In this document: piece by piece, positions 9,321-19,360 of the stretch
Layout: every line of letters starts with the position of its first letter
Position numbering within the stretch: the stretch's first letter is position 1
Source: an uncultured Methanosarcinales archaeon
GTDB taxonomy: Archaea; Nanobdellota; Nanobdellia; Woesearchaeales; SKGA01
Direction: 5' to 3'
Assembly (NCBI GenBank): GCA_964428395.1
Contig: CAYRYB010000001.1
Location: 8,847 to 72,846, forward strand
DNA: 64,000 bases
Translations under genes and position numbers: made by a program
The notes under the pieces: generated by a model
Seen by the model: the letters and a program-made list of their open reading frames with translations, nothing else
Told to the model about the DNA's origin: nothing
The model's database searches: none

Positions 9321-9393
9321 TAGAAATCATTATAAACAATAATCATCAATAAAAAAACTACAAGAAAAGCAAAACAAAAAGCAAAGAGGAAAA

Positions 9394-11124
9394 ATGGTAT
9401 TTACGAAGGAAATAGCAAAAAAAATTGCAAAAATCATATCTCAACCAGAAAATGTTATAGAAGAAATGCTTCAAGTTCCCAAAGAAAACAGTTTTGGAGA
9501 TCTTACATTCCCTTGTTTTTTATTTGCAAAGGAAATGAAAAAAAAACCTTCTGTGATTGCACAAAAGATTGCAAAAGAATTACAAATAGATTTTGCAACT
9601 GCAAAGGCAACAGGACCATATGTTAATATCACTATTTCTAACAATGCATTTATTTCACCAATTCTTCAAGATATTCTCACAAAAGAAAAACTACTGCAAA
9701 CAAACAATGCTTCTTTAGCAGGTGCTGTTACATTAATAGAATCACCAAGTCCAAATACCAATAAACCACTGCATCTTGGTCATTTGCGTAATATGTTTTT
9801 AGGAAGCACATTAAAAAACTTAAAAGAAGTACTTGGTCAAAAGTCTTTCATCGTTAATCTTGTCAATGATAGAGGAGTACACATTTGCAAGTCAATGTTA
9901 GCATATCAAAAATGGGGAAATAATCAAACACCCGAGCAGGCAGGAAAAAAAGGGGATCATTTTGTTGGTGATTGGTATGTAAGATTTAATCAAGAAGCAA
10001 AACAAAACGAGGAACTTGAACAGGAAGCACAAGACATGCTAGTACAATGGGAACAAGGAAACAAAGAAGTTATTGCGCTTTGGAAAAAAATGAATGAGTG
10101 GACGTATCAGGGATTTCAACAAACGTATAATCTTGTCAATTTTCATATTGATAAGAACTATTACGAAAGCGAGATTTACAAGAAGGGAAAAGAAATTATT
10201 TTAGAAGGCGTTAAAAAAAATATTTTCTACGAAGATAAAACAGGCGCAGTTGTTGTTGATTTAACAAATAAAAAACTTGATAAGAAAATTCTTCTCAGAA
10301 AAGATAAAACCGCAGTGTATATTACTCAAGATATCTTCCTTGCCAAACAACGCTTTGATGATTATCAGTTTAAAGAGCTTATCTATGTAGTTGGTAATGA
10401 ACAAGAATATCATTTCAAAGTACTTTTTGAAATTTTCAAAAAATTAGAATATCCTTTCGCGCAGAATTGTCATCATTTTTCCTATGGTATGATTGAGCTT
10501 CCTGATGGAAAAATGAAGAGTCGCGAAGGAAACGTGGTAGATATTGATGAGTTACTAGAGCAAACAACAAACCTAGCCAGAAGTGAGGTAAAAGAACGCT
10601 TTACAAACATAGATGAAAATGAAGTAAACAATCGTGCAAAAATTATTGCGCAAGGAGCTATTCGCTTCTTTTTTCTCAAATTTGACCCTGCAAGAAATTT
10701 TGTTTTTCATCCAAAAGAAAGTCTTTCATTTGAAGGCGAAACAGGACCGTACGTACAATATACTCATGCACGCATCGCATCCATTCTAAGAAAGAGCGAG
10801 AAAAATCAGAGTGCATCGACACCAAACACGCAAGGTAAAACGTCCTTTGATTTGTTAGACAATGCAGAAGAAAAAAAGATAGCTAGCATTCTCTATTCTT
10901 TTTCGGGTGTTGTAAAAGAAGCCGCTGAAAAACTCAAACCCAATCTTGTATGTAATTATTTGCTCACTCTTTGTCAATCATTTAACAAGTATTACGGAAA
11001 GTATAAAATAATTCAGGAGAATAAAAGTTTGCAAGCAGACAGAATTGCTCTTATTACTGCAGTTAATAAGGTTATCAAAGAAGGTCTTTTGCTATTGGGA
11101 ATCACCGCTCCTGAAAGAATGTAA
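9394..11124 (+). CDS. argS: Arginine--tRNA ligase
   Basis: FGDLTFPCF, SPNTNKPLHLGHLRN (HIGH-like), KMKSREG, FEGETGPYVQYTHARIASI, APERM C-terminus. Confidence 0.97.
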   Translation: MVFTKEIAKKIAKIISQPENVIEEMLQVPKENSFGDLTFPCFLFAKEMKKKPSVIAQKIAKELQIDFATAKATGPYVNITISNNAFISPILQDILTKEKLLQTNNASLAGAVTLIESPSPNTNKPLHLGHLRNMFLGSTLKNLKEVLGQKSFIVNLVNDRGVHICKSMLAYQKWGNNQTPEQAGKKGDHFVGDWYVRFNQEAKQNEELEQEAQDMLVQWEQGNKEVIALWKKMNEWTYQGFQQTYNLVNFHIDKNYYESEIYKKGKEIILEGVKKNIFYEDKTGAVVVDLTNKKLDKKILLRKDKTAVYITQDIFLAKQRFDDYQFKELIYVVGNEQEYHFKVLFEIFKKLEYPFAQNCHHFSYGMIELPDGKMKSREGNVVDIDELLEQTTNLARSEVKERFTNIDENEVNNRAKIIAQGAIRFFFLKFDPARNFVFHPKESLSFEGETGPYVQYTHARIASILRKSEKNQSASTPNTQGKTSFDLLDNAEEKKIASILYSFSGVVKEAAEKLKPNLVCNYLLTLCQSFNKYYGKYKIIQENKSLQADRIALITAVNKVIKEGLLLLGITAPERM

Positions 11125-11238
11125 TTTTTCTTCAAAAAATTTCATTAAAGAAAATGTAAAGGTAATAGAAGATAATACATAAACAAAGACAAAGAAGAAA
11201 CAAGAAAAGACAACAAAAAAATAAAAAGACAAAAAAGT

Positions 11239-11631
11239 TTATTCTAAATTCTCGTTAGTAACTTTTCCGCCACCACGATAAATTTGTGCAAAGCTTGGCG
11301 TTACAACAATATAGTCATCTCCAAAGCCAGCGATGTCTCCATCAATTGCTTCGCATGTCTTTTTTAATTTATTAATAGAACGTTTTAGTTCTAGTAAGTC
11401 TTTTTCTTTTAATGGCTTAATGTTAATAAGAGCTATAGTGTAGCTTTCTCGAAGCGCATCTAGTATCTCTCGCACGTCAGAGAAATCCGTTATCTCAAAT
11501 GGTCGCACAATAACTTTTTGATCAGGTTCGTGCGTACCAGAGTTTGCATCAAGTTCCACAAAGTCCTCTGTTTCCATATGATCGTCCTTATCAAATTGCT
11601 TTTCCTTTTTTCTAAAGAATCGTTTTATCAT
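11239..11631 (-). CDS. sepF: Cell division protein SepF
   Basis: DVREILDALRE...IALINIKPL...KLKKTCEAIDGDIAG....IVVTP; GGAGGT SD. Confidence 0.88.
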   Translation of the reverse strand: MIKRFFRKKEKQFDKDDHMETEDFVELDANSGTHEPDQKVIVRPFEITDFSDVREILDALRESYTIALINIKPLKEKDLLELKRSINKLKKTCEAIDGDIAGFGDDYIVVTPSFAQIYRGGGKVTNENLE

Positions 11632-11770
11632 CCTAATTAACCTCCATCAACAACAGCGTCATCCATAAAGGCAACGCTCTCACCCTTTTCGTTACGGAAA
11701 ATGAATAACAAGATATACTCTTTCTCAATTTATAAATGTTTTGATATTGTGACGTTATAGCATAAGAAAA

Positions 11771-11854
11771 CATGCTACGCTTAAAACAGAGTTCTACTAA
11801 GCATAAGTCTTACAGAAAGGAAGTATCAAAAAACTTGAAAATTTCAATAAGCCA
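11771..11854 (-). repeat. Degenerate partial R1 copy between sepF and radC
   Basis: CTACGCTT-N8-GTTCTACTAAGCA and TATCAAAAAACTTGAAAATTTCAATAAGCCA match, in order, CTACGCTT-N8-GTTCTATTAAGCA and TATCAAGAATTTGAGAATCTCAATATGTCA of the 43625-43775 copy. Confidence 0.65.
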
Positions 11855-11974
11855 TTTCAACACATACTATTCAACCTATAAATGTTAAGTCAAAAACGTT
11901 CAAATAGATTGTTCTGTACTTTTTTCGGAAAATACTAAGAAATTCTTTTAAATAAGTCAGATTTTAGTTTAAAA

Positions 11975-12634
11975 ATGCGCATTAAAGATATCTCTTTGGA
12001 TGATAGACCCAGAGAAAGAATGAAAAAGCAAGGAGCATCAGTACTTTCAGATGCAGAACTATTAGCAGTTATTCTGCAAAAGGGAACTAGAGAAGAAAAC
12101 GTCATTGATATGTCACATAGACTTATTTCTAAGTATGGCATTGATAAATTATCATCTTGTTCCTTAAAAGAATTAGAAGAGATTAAAGGTATTGGCAAAG
12201 CTAAAGCATCTCAAATACTTGCATTATTTGAATTCAATACAAGACATAATTTGGCTAAGCAAAACGGAAAACCAATAAGATCAGCAAAGGATGTTTTTGA
12301 TTTTTGTTCTCTTAAATTCTCAGGAGTAGATAGAGAACAATTTATGATATTGCATTTAGATACTCGTAATAGGGTGATTAAAGATGAAGTTGTTTCAGTC
12401 GGCACTTTAAACAGTTCTCTAATTCATCCTAGAGAGGTTTTCAAGTCAGCAATAAAAGAAAGTGCAAACGCAGTCATTTTAGTTCATAACCATCCTTCTG
12501 GCGATCCAGAGCCTTCGCAGGAAGATAAAAAAATAACAAACACATTACGTAAAGCAGGAGAATTGTTAGGGATAAACGTACTCGATCATATTATTATTGG
12601 GAATGAAAGATACTATAGTTTTATTGATAATTAA
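11975..12634 (+). CDS. radC: RadC family JAB-domain protein
   Basis: RPRERM, LSDAELLAVIL, GIGKAKA (HhH), HPREVFK, HNHPSGDPEPSQED, VLDHIIIG. Confidence 0.95.
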   Translation: MRIKDISLDDRPRERMKKQGASVLSDAELLAVILQKGTREENVIDMSHRLISKYGIDKLSSCSLKELEEIKGIGKAKASQILALFEFNTRHNLAKQNGKPIRSAKDVFDFCSLKFSGVDREQFMILHLDTRNRVIKDEVVSVGTLNSSLIHPREVFKSAIKESANAVILVHNHPSGDPEPSQEDKKITNTLRKAGELLGINVLDHIIIGNERYYSFIDN

Positions 12635-15600
12635 GGCTTTTTCTTTTTTTCATAGTTTCTTCTTTTTTCTGCAACAGCCATAATTGGAGGGTTATCAATT
12701 ATGTACTGATTTTTATTGTCTTCTTTATTTGTCTCGGACCATTTATCTGATAATACTTCTGCTTGTTCTAGTACGAGGTCTGTAGCCATTAAGGTTTTAT
12801 CTGGTGGATAACCATATTTTTTGAGAAGTCTTTTTACAATAACCCTAAGTTTTGCCCTGACTGTTTCTCTTAGTTTCCAGTCAATAGAGGTATTCTTTTT
12901 CACTATTTCTGTCATTTCTCGAGCTATTTTTTTTAATACTTCATCCCCGAGAATTTCTTTTGCACTTTCATTGTCTGCTAAGGCGTCATAAAATGCTATT
13001 TCTTCATCAGATAAACCAAGTTCTTCTCCTCTCGTATGTGCTTCACGAATATTCTTTGCTAAGTCTATGAGTTCTGCAATAACTTGTGCTGAGTCTATAC
13101 TTCTATTTTGATATTTGAGTATTGCTTCTTCAAGCATTTTTGAGAACTTCTTATTTTCAATTTTATTAGTTTTGAACCTTGTTCTTATTTCATCGTTGAG
13201 GATTTTCTTTAAGGTCTCAAATGCAAGGTTCTTGTATTCCATATTTTCAAATGTTTCTAAGAATTTATCTGAAAGTATTGATAGTTCTGGTCTTTGAATG
13301 TTTAATTCTTTAAAAACATCTATTTCTCCTTCTGCTTCAACAGCTTTTGAAACTAATTGTTTGATGACACTATCTGAAAGTCCTTTTGAAAGTCCTCCTT
13401 CTTTTGTTTCTGTTTTCATCAATGACCTTGAGATTGATTGGAATAAAGCTGCGTCTTCTCTGATTCCTTTTGCTTCTTCTGAGGTAATTGCAAGGTCTAA
13501 AGCTAACATTAATGCTTTTACATTTTTAACGAATCTTTTCTTTCCATCTTCTAAGCCTAAAATATGATTTTCTATTTGAAAGAAAATATCTACTCGTTTC
13601 TTTGTGCTTTTTGTTTTGAAATAATCTTTGTAATTATATCCAAAGAGCATATCTTTAACTATCTCATATTTTTCTTTTAGTATTGCGATTGCTTGGTCTC
13701 CATAACTTAAAGGATCATCTTTTCCTGCGGTTTTTGTGTATATAGTGACTGCTTTTCTTAATTCATCTGCTATTCCTATAAAATCAATGACTAATCCTGC
13801 TTCTTTATCTTTGTAGACTCTGTTTACTCTTGCTATGGTTTGCATGAGATTATGATGCTTTATTATTTTATCAATGTAAATGGTGTTAAGACAAGGAACA
13901 TCAAATCCTGTGAGCCACATATCTCTTACTATTGCTAATTTAAAGTCTGAATTCGGGTCTTTGAATATTTCTGCTAGTTTTTTTCTCTTTTCTTTGTTTC
14001 TTGTGTGCTCAACGTATTCTTTTCCGTCAGATGCTGCACCAGTCATGATTACTTTCATTATTCCTTTATCATCGTCTTTATGATAATATTCAGGTCTTAA
14101 CTTTTTAATTTCGTTATGTAAAGCGATTGCTATTCGTCTACTCATTACTACAACCATTGCTTTGCCGTTATTGAGTAATTGTCGCATTTCGAAGTGATTA
14201 ATAATTGATTTTGCAAGTTGTCTGATTCTTGGTTCGCTTCCTGCTAATGCTTCTATGGTTGACCATTTTCTTTTTTCTTCTTCAACTAAGTTGTTTTCTT
14301 CTTGTTCTGTATATTCATATATGAGGTCATCAATTTGCTTGAAGATTTCCTCGTTTTTCCCTAGTTTTATAAGTTTAGCATCATAAATTATTTTTACGAC
14401 TCGGTGGTCTTCTAACGCTTGGTGCATATCATAAATATCTATATAATCACCAAATACTTCCCTTGTACTTTTATCAGAGAATTCTATAGGTGTTCCTGTA
14501 AAGCCAATGAATGATGCGTTAGGAAGTGCATCCCGTAAGTATTTTGCAAGTCCATATTTTATAATATTTTTTTGTAATTTTGCTTTGAAACCATATTGTG
14601 TTCTGTGAGCTTCATCTGTTATTACAAGGATGTTATCTCTTCTTGATAATTCTTCAAACGTTGAACCATCCCTTGCTAAGAATTTTTGAATGGTGGTGAA
14701 GATTATTCCTCCTGAAGAAACTTTTAATGCAGTTTTTAGTTCTGTTTGCGATTTTATTTGTTTAGGTGATTCTTGAAATAATGTTAAGGAGGAGAAAGTG
14801 TCATATAATTGATTATCAAGGTCATTTCTATCTGTAAGAACGACTATTGTTGGATTCTTGAGTTTTGGATCCTTATTCATCAAAGCAGTGTAAAAACCCA
14901 TTGTAAAGCTTTTTCCAGAACCTTGCGTGTGCCAGACAACACCAATTTTTTTATTCTTGCCTATTGCTTTGTAGGTCCTTTGAATTGCTTTTTTTGTAGC
15001 ATTGTATTGATGATAACCTGCTAAGATTTTTGCATCTTTTGTGAAAGTCGTAAAGTTCTTTGCAATGTCTAAAATGGTTTCTCTATCACACATACCTCTT
15101 AACGTAGTTTCCAGAGAAGTTGTTTTTTGAAATGCTCCATTAACAGTTCTCCAAGGAAGAAACCATTCATAAGGAGAAGTTATTGTTCCTGCTTTTGTGT
15201 CTTTTCCATCAGAGATTATCTCAAACGTATTGTAATTGAACAATGTGGGAATATCATTATGATATGTTTGCAATTGTTTAAATGCGGTATCAATAGTTGC
15301 TTTGGGATTAGTTGGACTTTTCAGTTCGATGGTAACGATAGGAAGTCCATTGATGAATAGTATGATATCAGGTCTTCGATTCTTCTTATTCTCAATGATG
15401 GTGAATTGATTGATTGCCAAGAACTCATTTTGTTTAGGTTTTTCAAAGTTGAATAGTTGAACAAGATCTCCTTTGATTCTTCCTTTGAAACGATATTCTA
15501 CTTCAACGCCAGTTGTAAGAAACTTTTGGAAAACCTTATTGTTTTTAAAGAGTTTATGACTTGTTGAACGAAGAACTTTCTTTAAAGCTTCTTCTTTAGC

Positions 15601-15795
15601 CTCGGCAGGAATGTCAGGATTAAACTTGTCTATTGCATTTCTTAGTCGTTCAACTAAGACAACATCATCCCACCTTGCTCGTTCAGGCTTAGAACCGTCA
15701 GGAGCAATCTCAGGACCATAAACTACTTTGTAGCCTAACTCTTGAAGTATTTCAAGACCTGCATCCTCTATATCTTGTTCAACAATAAATTTCAT
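12631..15795 (-). CDS. hsdR: Type I restriction endonuclease subunit R
   Basis: RPDIILFINGLPIVTIELK (PD-ExK), HTQGSGKS, DEAHR, FTGTP, MWLTGFDVP, LMQTIARVNR; start at MKFIVEQ. Confidence 0.96.
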   Translation of the reverse strand: MKFIVEQDIEDAGLEILQELGYKVVYGPEIAPDGSKPERARWDDVVLVERLRNAIDKFNPDIPAEAKEEALKKVLRSTSHKLFKNNKVFQKFLTTGVEVEYRFKGRIKGDLVQLFNFEKPKQNEFLAINQFTIIENKKNRRPDIILFINGLPIVTIELKSPTNPKATIDTAFKQLQTYHNDIPTLFNYNTFEIISDGKDTKAGTITSPYEWFLPWRTVNGAFQKTTSLETTLRGMCDRETILDIAKNFTTFTKDAKILAGYHQYNATKKAIQRTYKAIGKNKKIGVVWHTQGSGKSFTMGFYTALMNKDPKLKNPTIVVLTDRNDLDNQLYDTFSSLTLFQESPKQIKSQTELKTALKVSSGGIIFTTIQKFLARDGSTFEELSRRDNILVITDEAHRTQYGFKAKLQKNIIKYGLAKYLRDALPNASFIGFTGTPIEFSDKSTREVFGDYIDIYDMHQALEDHRVVKIIYDAKLIKLGKNEEIFKQIDDLIYEYTEQEENNLVEEEKRKWSTIEALAGSEPRIRQLAKSIINHFEMRQLLNNGKAMVVVMSRRIAIALHNEIKKLRPEYYHKDDDKGIMKVIMTGAASDGKEYVEHTRNKEKRKKLAEIFKDPNSDFKLAIVRDMWLTGFDVPCLNTIYIDKIIKHHNLMQTIARVNRVYKDKEAGLVIDFIGIADELRKAVTIYTKTAGKDDPLSYGDQAIAILKEKYEIVKDMLFGYNYKDYFKTKSTKKRVDIFFQIENHILGLEDGKKRFVKNVKALMLALDLAITSEEAKGIREDAALFQSISRSLMKTETKEGGLSKGLSDSVIKQLVSKAVEAEGEIDVFKELNIQRPELSILSDKFLETFENMEYKNLAFETLKKILNDEIRTRFKTNKIENKKFSKMLEEAILKYQNRSIDSAQVIAELIDLAKNIREAHTRGEELGLSDEEIAFYDALADNESAKEILGDEVLKKIAREMTEIVKKNTSIDWKLRETVRAKLRVIVKRLLKKYGYPPDKTLMATDLVLEQAEVLSDKWSETNKEDNKNQYIIDNPPIMAVAEKRRNYEKKKKP

Positions 15796-15876
15796 ACTAC
15801 TCAAAATACGATTATTCTTTATAAACAAATGGTTTTTCCGGGTTTTTTTCAATAAAGTTTATAAACATATTTCTCA

Positions 15877-16560
15877 TTGTATCATGTTATGGAAGCTGTC
15901 ACTAAGAACGGGTTGTTTAACGAATCGTGGTTTTCTGGTTTTCGAACCGTCATTGAGAAGTCATTTATAAAGGTTAATTACAAAGTAAACGCAGTAGTTA
16001 TTCTTCAAAAAATAAAAACTCTAGATATTGATAAAGATAAAATCGTTCTTAAAATCAAAAATCTTTCTGAAGATGAATGGTCTTACAAGTATTTAGTATC
16101 AACTCTGAAAGAATTAGATGAGATAATGAAAATTTCTGATGATTTTCTGAGAAAACACGCAGTTCAAGAATTGCAAGGTCGCGATTTAACAGAAGTTAAA
16201 TGGGAAATTATGAAAGGTATGCTGACTGATTACGCTAAATTCACTAAAGAATTTTATGATTCACTCAAATATTCTCAGAACTCTAAATTAGGAAGAAAAA
16301 GATATTTACTTATGATAGAACTAATGAATGCACTAAAAAAAATTTATGATGCTTCAAAACAACTCATCGATAAATTTTCACAAAAGAAATATAATAAAAC
16401 TTCTTTTAAGAAGTTTATGAGTACGCGAATAGCTTTAGAACACTTATTACTAAGAGTTTTTTATATTCTGCTAAATATTGACAAAGAAGAGAATTTTATT
16501 AAGTATAGAGACGTTCTTTCTAGAGAAATAATAGAATATACTGTCCGTCAAGCAAAATGA
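15877..16560 (+). CDS. Helical hypothetical protein, coupled to PIN gene
   Basis: 227-aa ORF; ATGA overlap with the next gene. Confidence 0.75.
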   Translation: MYHVMEAVTKNGLFNESWFSGFRTVIEKSFIKVNYKVNAVVILQKIKTLDIDKDKIVLKIKNLSEDEWSYKYLVSTLKELDEIMKISDDFLRKHAVQELQGRDLTEVKWEIMKGMLTDYAKFTKEFYDSLKYSQNSKLGRKRYLLMIELMNALKKIYDASKQLIDKFSQKKYNKTSFKKFMSTRIALEHLLLRVFYILLNIDKEENFIKYRDVLSREIIEYTVRQAK

Positions 16561-17255
16561 TTTCTAACGATGTTAATGTGATATTTGCTTTTCTAGATAT
16601 AAAACATAAATTCCATATTCAGTCAAGTCTGTTCGTAGTGAAAAACCAAAGAAGAAAACTCGTTGTGTTGGCAAACGTTATGAAGAGTTTTCTTAAGACA
16701 TATAAAAATTATATTGTGCAAGTAGGAGCCATAATAGAACACCAAGTTGTATTCTGTAAAGAAGAAAGAAAAAAATCACCTATAAAAAACCCTTCAACCA
16801 CACATATAGCAATATTGGTAAATGCAGGGATAAATAACGAATTAAAAACTCTTAGTTCAATGCCAAATTATTCTTTCGATGCGTTATTAAGATTTAAAGA
16901 CTTGTTATTAACCGATTTCTCAATTCCACAACTTTATTTTGAGGAAAACGCAATAGGAGAGTTTAGAGAAAAATTCATAGACCGATCGGAAAAATTCTCT
17001 CTCGACTCTATAAACGAATTCGTAACAAAGTTCAACCAAAAAAGAATAATGAAACAAAATGATTATAAAAACTATGAAAACTTTCTCTCCGATTTAAAAT
17101 CAATGAAAGATTATGAAGACAGGAGAATTTGTGCAGAATTATTCTGCTTCGGCGAAGAGAAGAAAGCAATTCAGTTTCTGACTTTTGATAACACTTTTAA
17201 ACAATATTTAAGGAAATTCGGCTCCAAACATAATGTTAAAGTATTATCTGTTTAA
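16557..17255 (+). CDS. Divergent PIN-domain (RNase-like) protein
   Basis: N-terminal DVNVIF and C-terminal EDRRICAE...FLTFD match the PIN acidic-residue layout. Confidence 0.65.
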   Translation: MISNDVNVIFAFLDIKHKFHIQSSLFVVKNQRRKLVVLANVMKSFLKTYKNYIVQVGAIIEHQVVFCKEERKKSPIKNPSTTHIAILVNAGINNELKTLSSMPNYSFDALLRFKDLLLTDFSIPQLYFEENAIGEFREKFIDRSEKFSLDSINEFVTKFNQKRIMKQNDYKNYENFLSDLKSMKDYEDRRICAELFCFGEEKKAIQFLTFDNTFKQYLRKFGSKHNVKVLSV

Positions 17256-17291
17256 GAAAAATACTTTCAATTTCTTGTTCAACAATGAATT

Positions 17292-17555
17292 TCATAAATT
17301 CTTCACCTTAAATATTTTTTTAACATCATTCCTATTAAGAATCAAAAAGAAATAAGAACCAACGATTAAATAAATACAAATCTTTAATGCTTGTTCTGAA
17401 AAGAAACCATAAGTTCCTATTGTAAATTTATAGAATAATAATAAATGAAATGCTCCAAAAAGAAGAATGATCCATAAAACTGTTGATAATACACCATACA
17501 AAATAGATAAAATTATTTCTCCAAAGGTTGCTTTAAGAGGGGTTTTTTTAGTCAT
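17292..17555 (-). CDS. Small two-TM membrane protein
   Basis: Start reassigned to ATG 17555 (MTKKTP, ATGA overlap, GGAGGA SD); two hydrophobic helices. Confidence 0.7.
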   Translation of the reverse strand: MTKKTPLKATFGEIILSILYGVLSTVLWIILLFGAFHLLLFYKFTIGTYGFFSEQALKICIYLIVGSYFFLILNRNDVKKIFKVKNL

Positions 17556-17725
17556 TGGAAACTCCTCCAATCTAATTCTTGACCACAATTCGGACAAGTT
17601 TTATTTGCACTGGTAACAGGATAATTACATCTAGGACACTTTCCTTTCTTCTTTCTACTCAAAAGCCACCATAGTAGCGCAAGACCACCAATAGTCAATA
17701 ATGTATTTTTATCTTCTTGTTTCAT
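17552..17725 (-). CDS. 57-aa membrane-anchored zinc-ribbon microprotein (missed by ORF track)
   Basis: MKQEDKNTLLTIGGLALLWWLLSRKKKGKCPRCNYPVTSANKTCPNCGQELDWRSFQ*; fits exactly between its neighbours. Confidence 0.85.
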   Translation of the reverse strand: MKQEDKNTLLTIGGLALLWWLLSRKKKGKCPRCNYPVTSANKTCPNCGQELDWRSFQ

Positions 17726-17728
17726 TTT

Positions 17729-18097
17729 TCAAAGTAATTTTAGTTTTTTAGCTTGTTTTACAAATTTCTTTTGTTTCTCAATATATAAAACAGGATTTTG
17801 TTGTATTGGTTCATAAATCCTTTCAATCTCGTGTTGAGAAGAAACTTCTAAGCCGCATTGACTACAATAATAATTTACTGTTCCAACAGGTGTATGAAAA
17901 AATGATTCCATAGTGAATGCTTTTGTTGTTTCATTAAGAGTGACTTTGCAATGAGGACAAATGTTCTTTAATTGATTTATTTTTATTTGTCTTCTATTTT
18001 CTAGAAACTTATTTAGATCAAAGTTTAAGCTTATTTTAATAGCTATAAATCCTATTACGCCCGCAATTATTAGTTTAATAATTTCTTCAGTTGTCAT
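17729..18097 (-). CDS. Membrane-anchored zinc-ribbon protein
   Basis: N-terminal TM helix, then CPHC...CSQC; ATGA overlap with hsdS. Confidence 0.8.
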   Translation of the reverse strand: MTTEEIIKLIIAGVIGFIAIKISLNFDLNKFLENRRQIKINQLKNICPHCKVTLNETTKAFTMESFFHTPVGTVNYYCSQCGLEVSSQHEIERIYEPIQQNPVLYIEKQKKFVKQAKKLKLL

Positions 18098-19359
18098 AGC
18101 ATATCCTCTTTAACTCTAATCTTTCCAGTCATGAGTTTTGGAAGAAGTAAGTCTCTTTGTTTTTTCAATGACTCAATTTCAACACCATTTAAGACGTATT
18201 TATCAACAAGAGGTTCAAATAATTTATTCAATGATTCCAATTCTGAAGGAATTAAAACCATTGATTCAGATAAGTGTTTTCTCTGAATGTGTCCCATAGT
18301 TGTTGCTTTGTCAGATGCAATCCTAATAAATTTTTCAAGATGAAATTTTGTCCAATAATAATAAAACCATTTAGGATAAATATCAGAAGTGACTTTAAAT
18401 AAATGTTGATTCAAAGCACCTTTTCCAAAAGTCCACAAATCAACCACTAAACTTCCAGACCAAGAAAATATAACGTCACCATTTTGCAAAATATATTTTT
18501 CTGGAACATCACTATTTGCCATATCTGTTGAAGAAGTAATTCCTTGTTTTAATTCTCTAATTTTAATAACAGGTAAATCATCGTTTCCTCGTGGAGGATA
18601 TTTTTGTAGTGCCAAACCATTCAAATAATCAGCGACATTATCAAGAGAATTTATTTTCCAGCCTTTAGGAATCTCCCCCAACTCACTTTCAACCATTTCT
18701 CCTCCTGATGATTTGTAAGGTTTTCCTTCTTCATTTGGAAACTCAAAATTAACAAACCAATGCTTAAAAATTGTTTTTCCAATATTTTCAAGAGTTTTGT
18801 TTTGTTGTTGAAGAAGTTCTATTTTAAAGTCAAGGTCTGAGAGGATTTTTGCAATGGCTTTTTGCTCAGGTAAAGGAGGAATTGGAATTTTTAATTCTGC
18901 GATAGTATTTGCATTAAATTGCGGTTGTGCTCCCCCTGTTGCTAAATTATTTGCTTGATTCCAATAACAATTCCCTCTTGTAAATTGAAAAAAATAATTA
19001 GAATCTATTTTTTTGTCATCTAATAAAAATTTTATTAAGAATCCACCATATGATGCTTTAAATTCTTCTTTAAATAAATATGTTTTACCGAAACTTGCCC
19101 CAGTTCTGGCAACTAAAATATCTCCTTTATTCAAAATTGTTTCAGGCTTGACTTTTTCTTTTTGAATAAATACAAGATTATCTTTTTTGAGAAATCCATC
19201 TGACGTAATATCTGTTATTCTAATATAAATATATTCTCCTTTTTTTTGAGCACTCTCTCCAAGACCATATTGAAATTTAGAGATGTTACTAAGTCTGATT
19301 AAATTCCAATCTTCAGGAATCAATCCTATTTCAGTTTGTTTGAATTTTGTTTCAGCCAT
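18094..19359 (-). CDS. hsdS: Type I R-M specificity subunit S
   Basis: IGLIPEDW, IPPLPEQKAIAKIL, ELGEIPKGW, RDLLLPKLMTG; two TRDs. Confidence 0.96.
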   Translation of the reverse strand: MAETKFKQTEIGLIPEDWNLIRLSNISKFQYGLGESAQKKGEYIYIRITDITSDGFLKKDNLVFIQKEKVKPETILNKGDILVARTGASFGKTYLFKEEFKASYGGFLIKFLLDDKKIDSNYFFQFTRGNCYWNQANNLATGGAQPQFNANTIAELKIPIPPLPEQKAIAKILSDLDFKIELLQQQNKTLENIGKTIFKHWFVNFEFPNEEGKPYKSSGGEMVESELGEIPKGWKINSLDNVADYLNGLALQKYPPRGNDDLPVIKIRELKQGITSSTDMANSDVPEKYILQNGDVIFSWSGSLVVDLWTFGKGALNQHLFKVTSDIYPKWFYYYWTKFHLEKFIRIASDKATTMGHIQRKHLSESMVLIPSELESLNKLFEPLVDKYVLNGVEIESLKKQRDLLLPKLMTGKIRVKEDML

Positions 19360-19360
19360 G

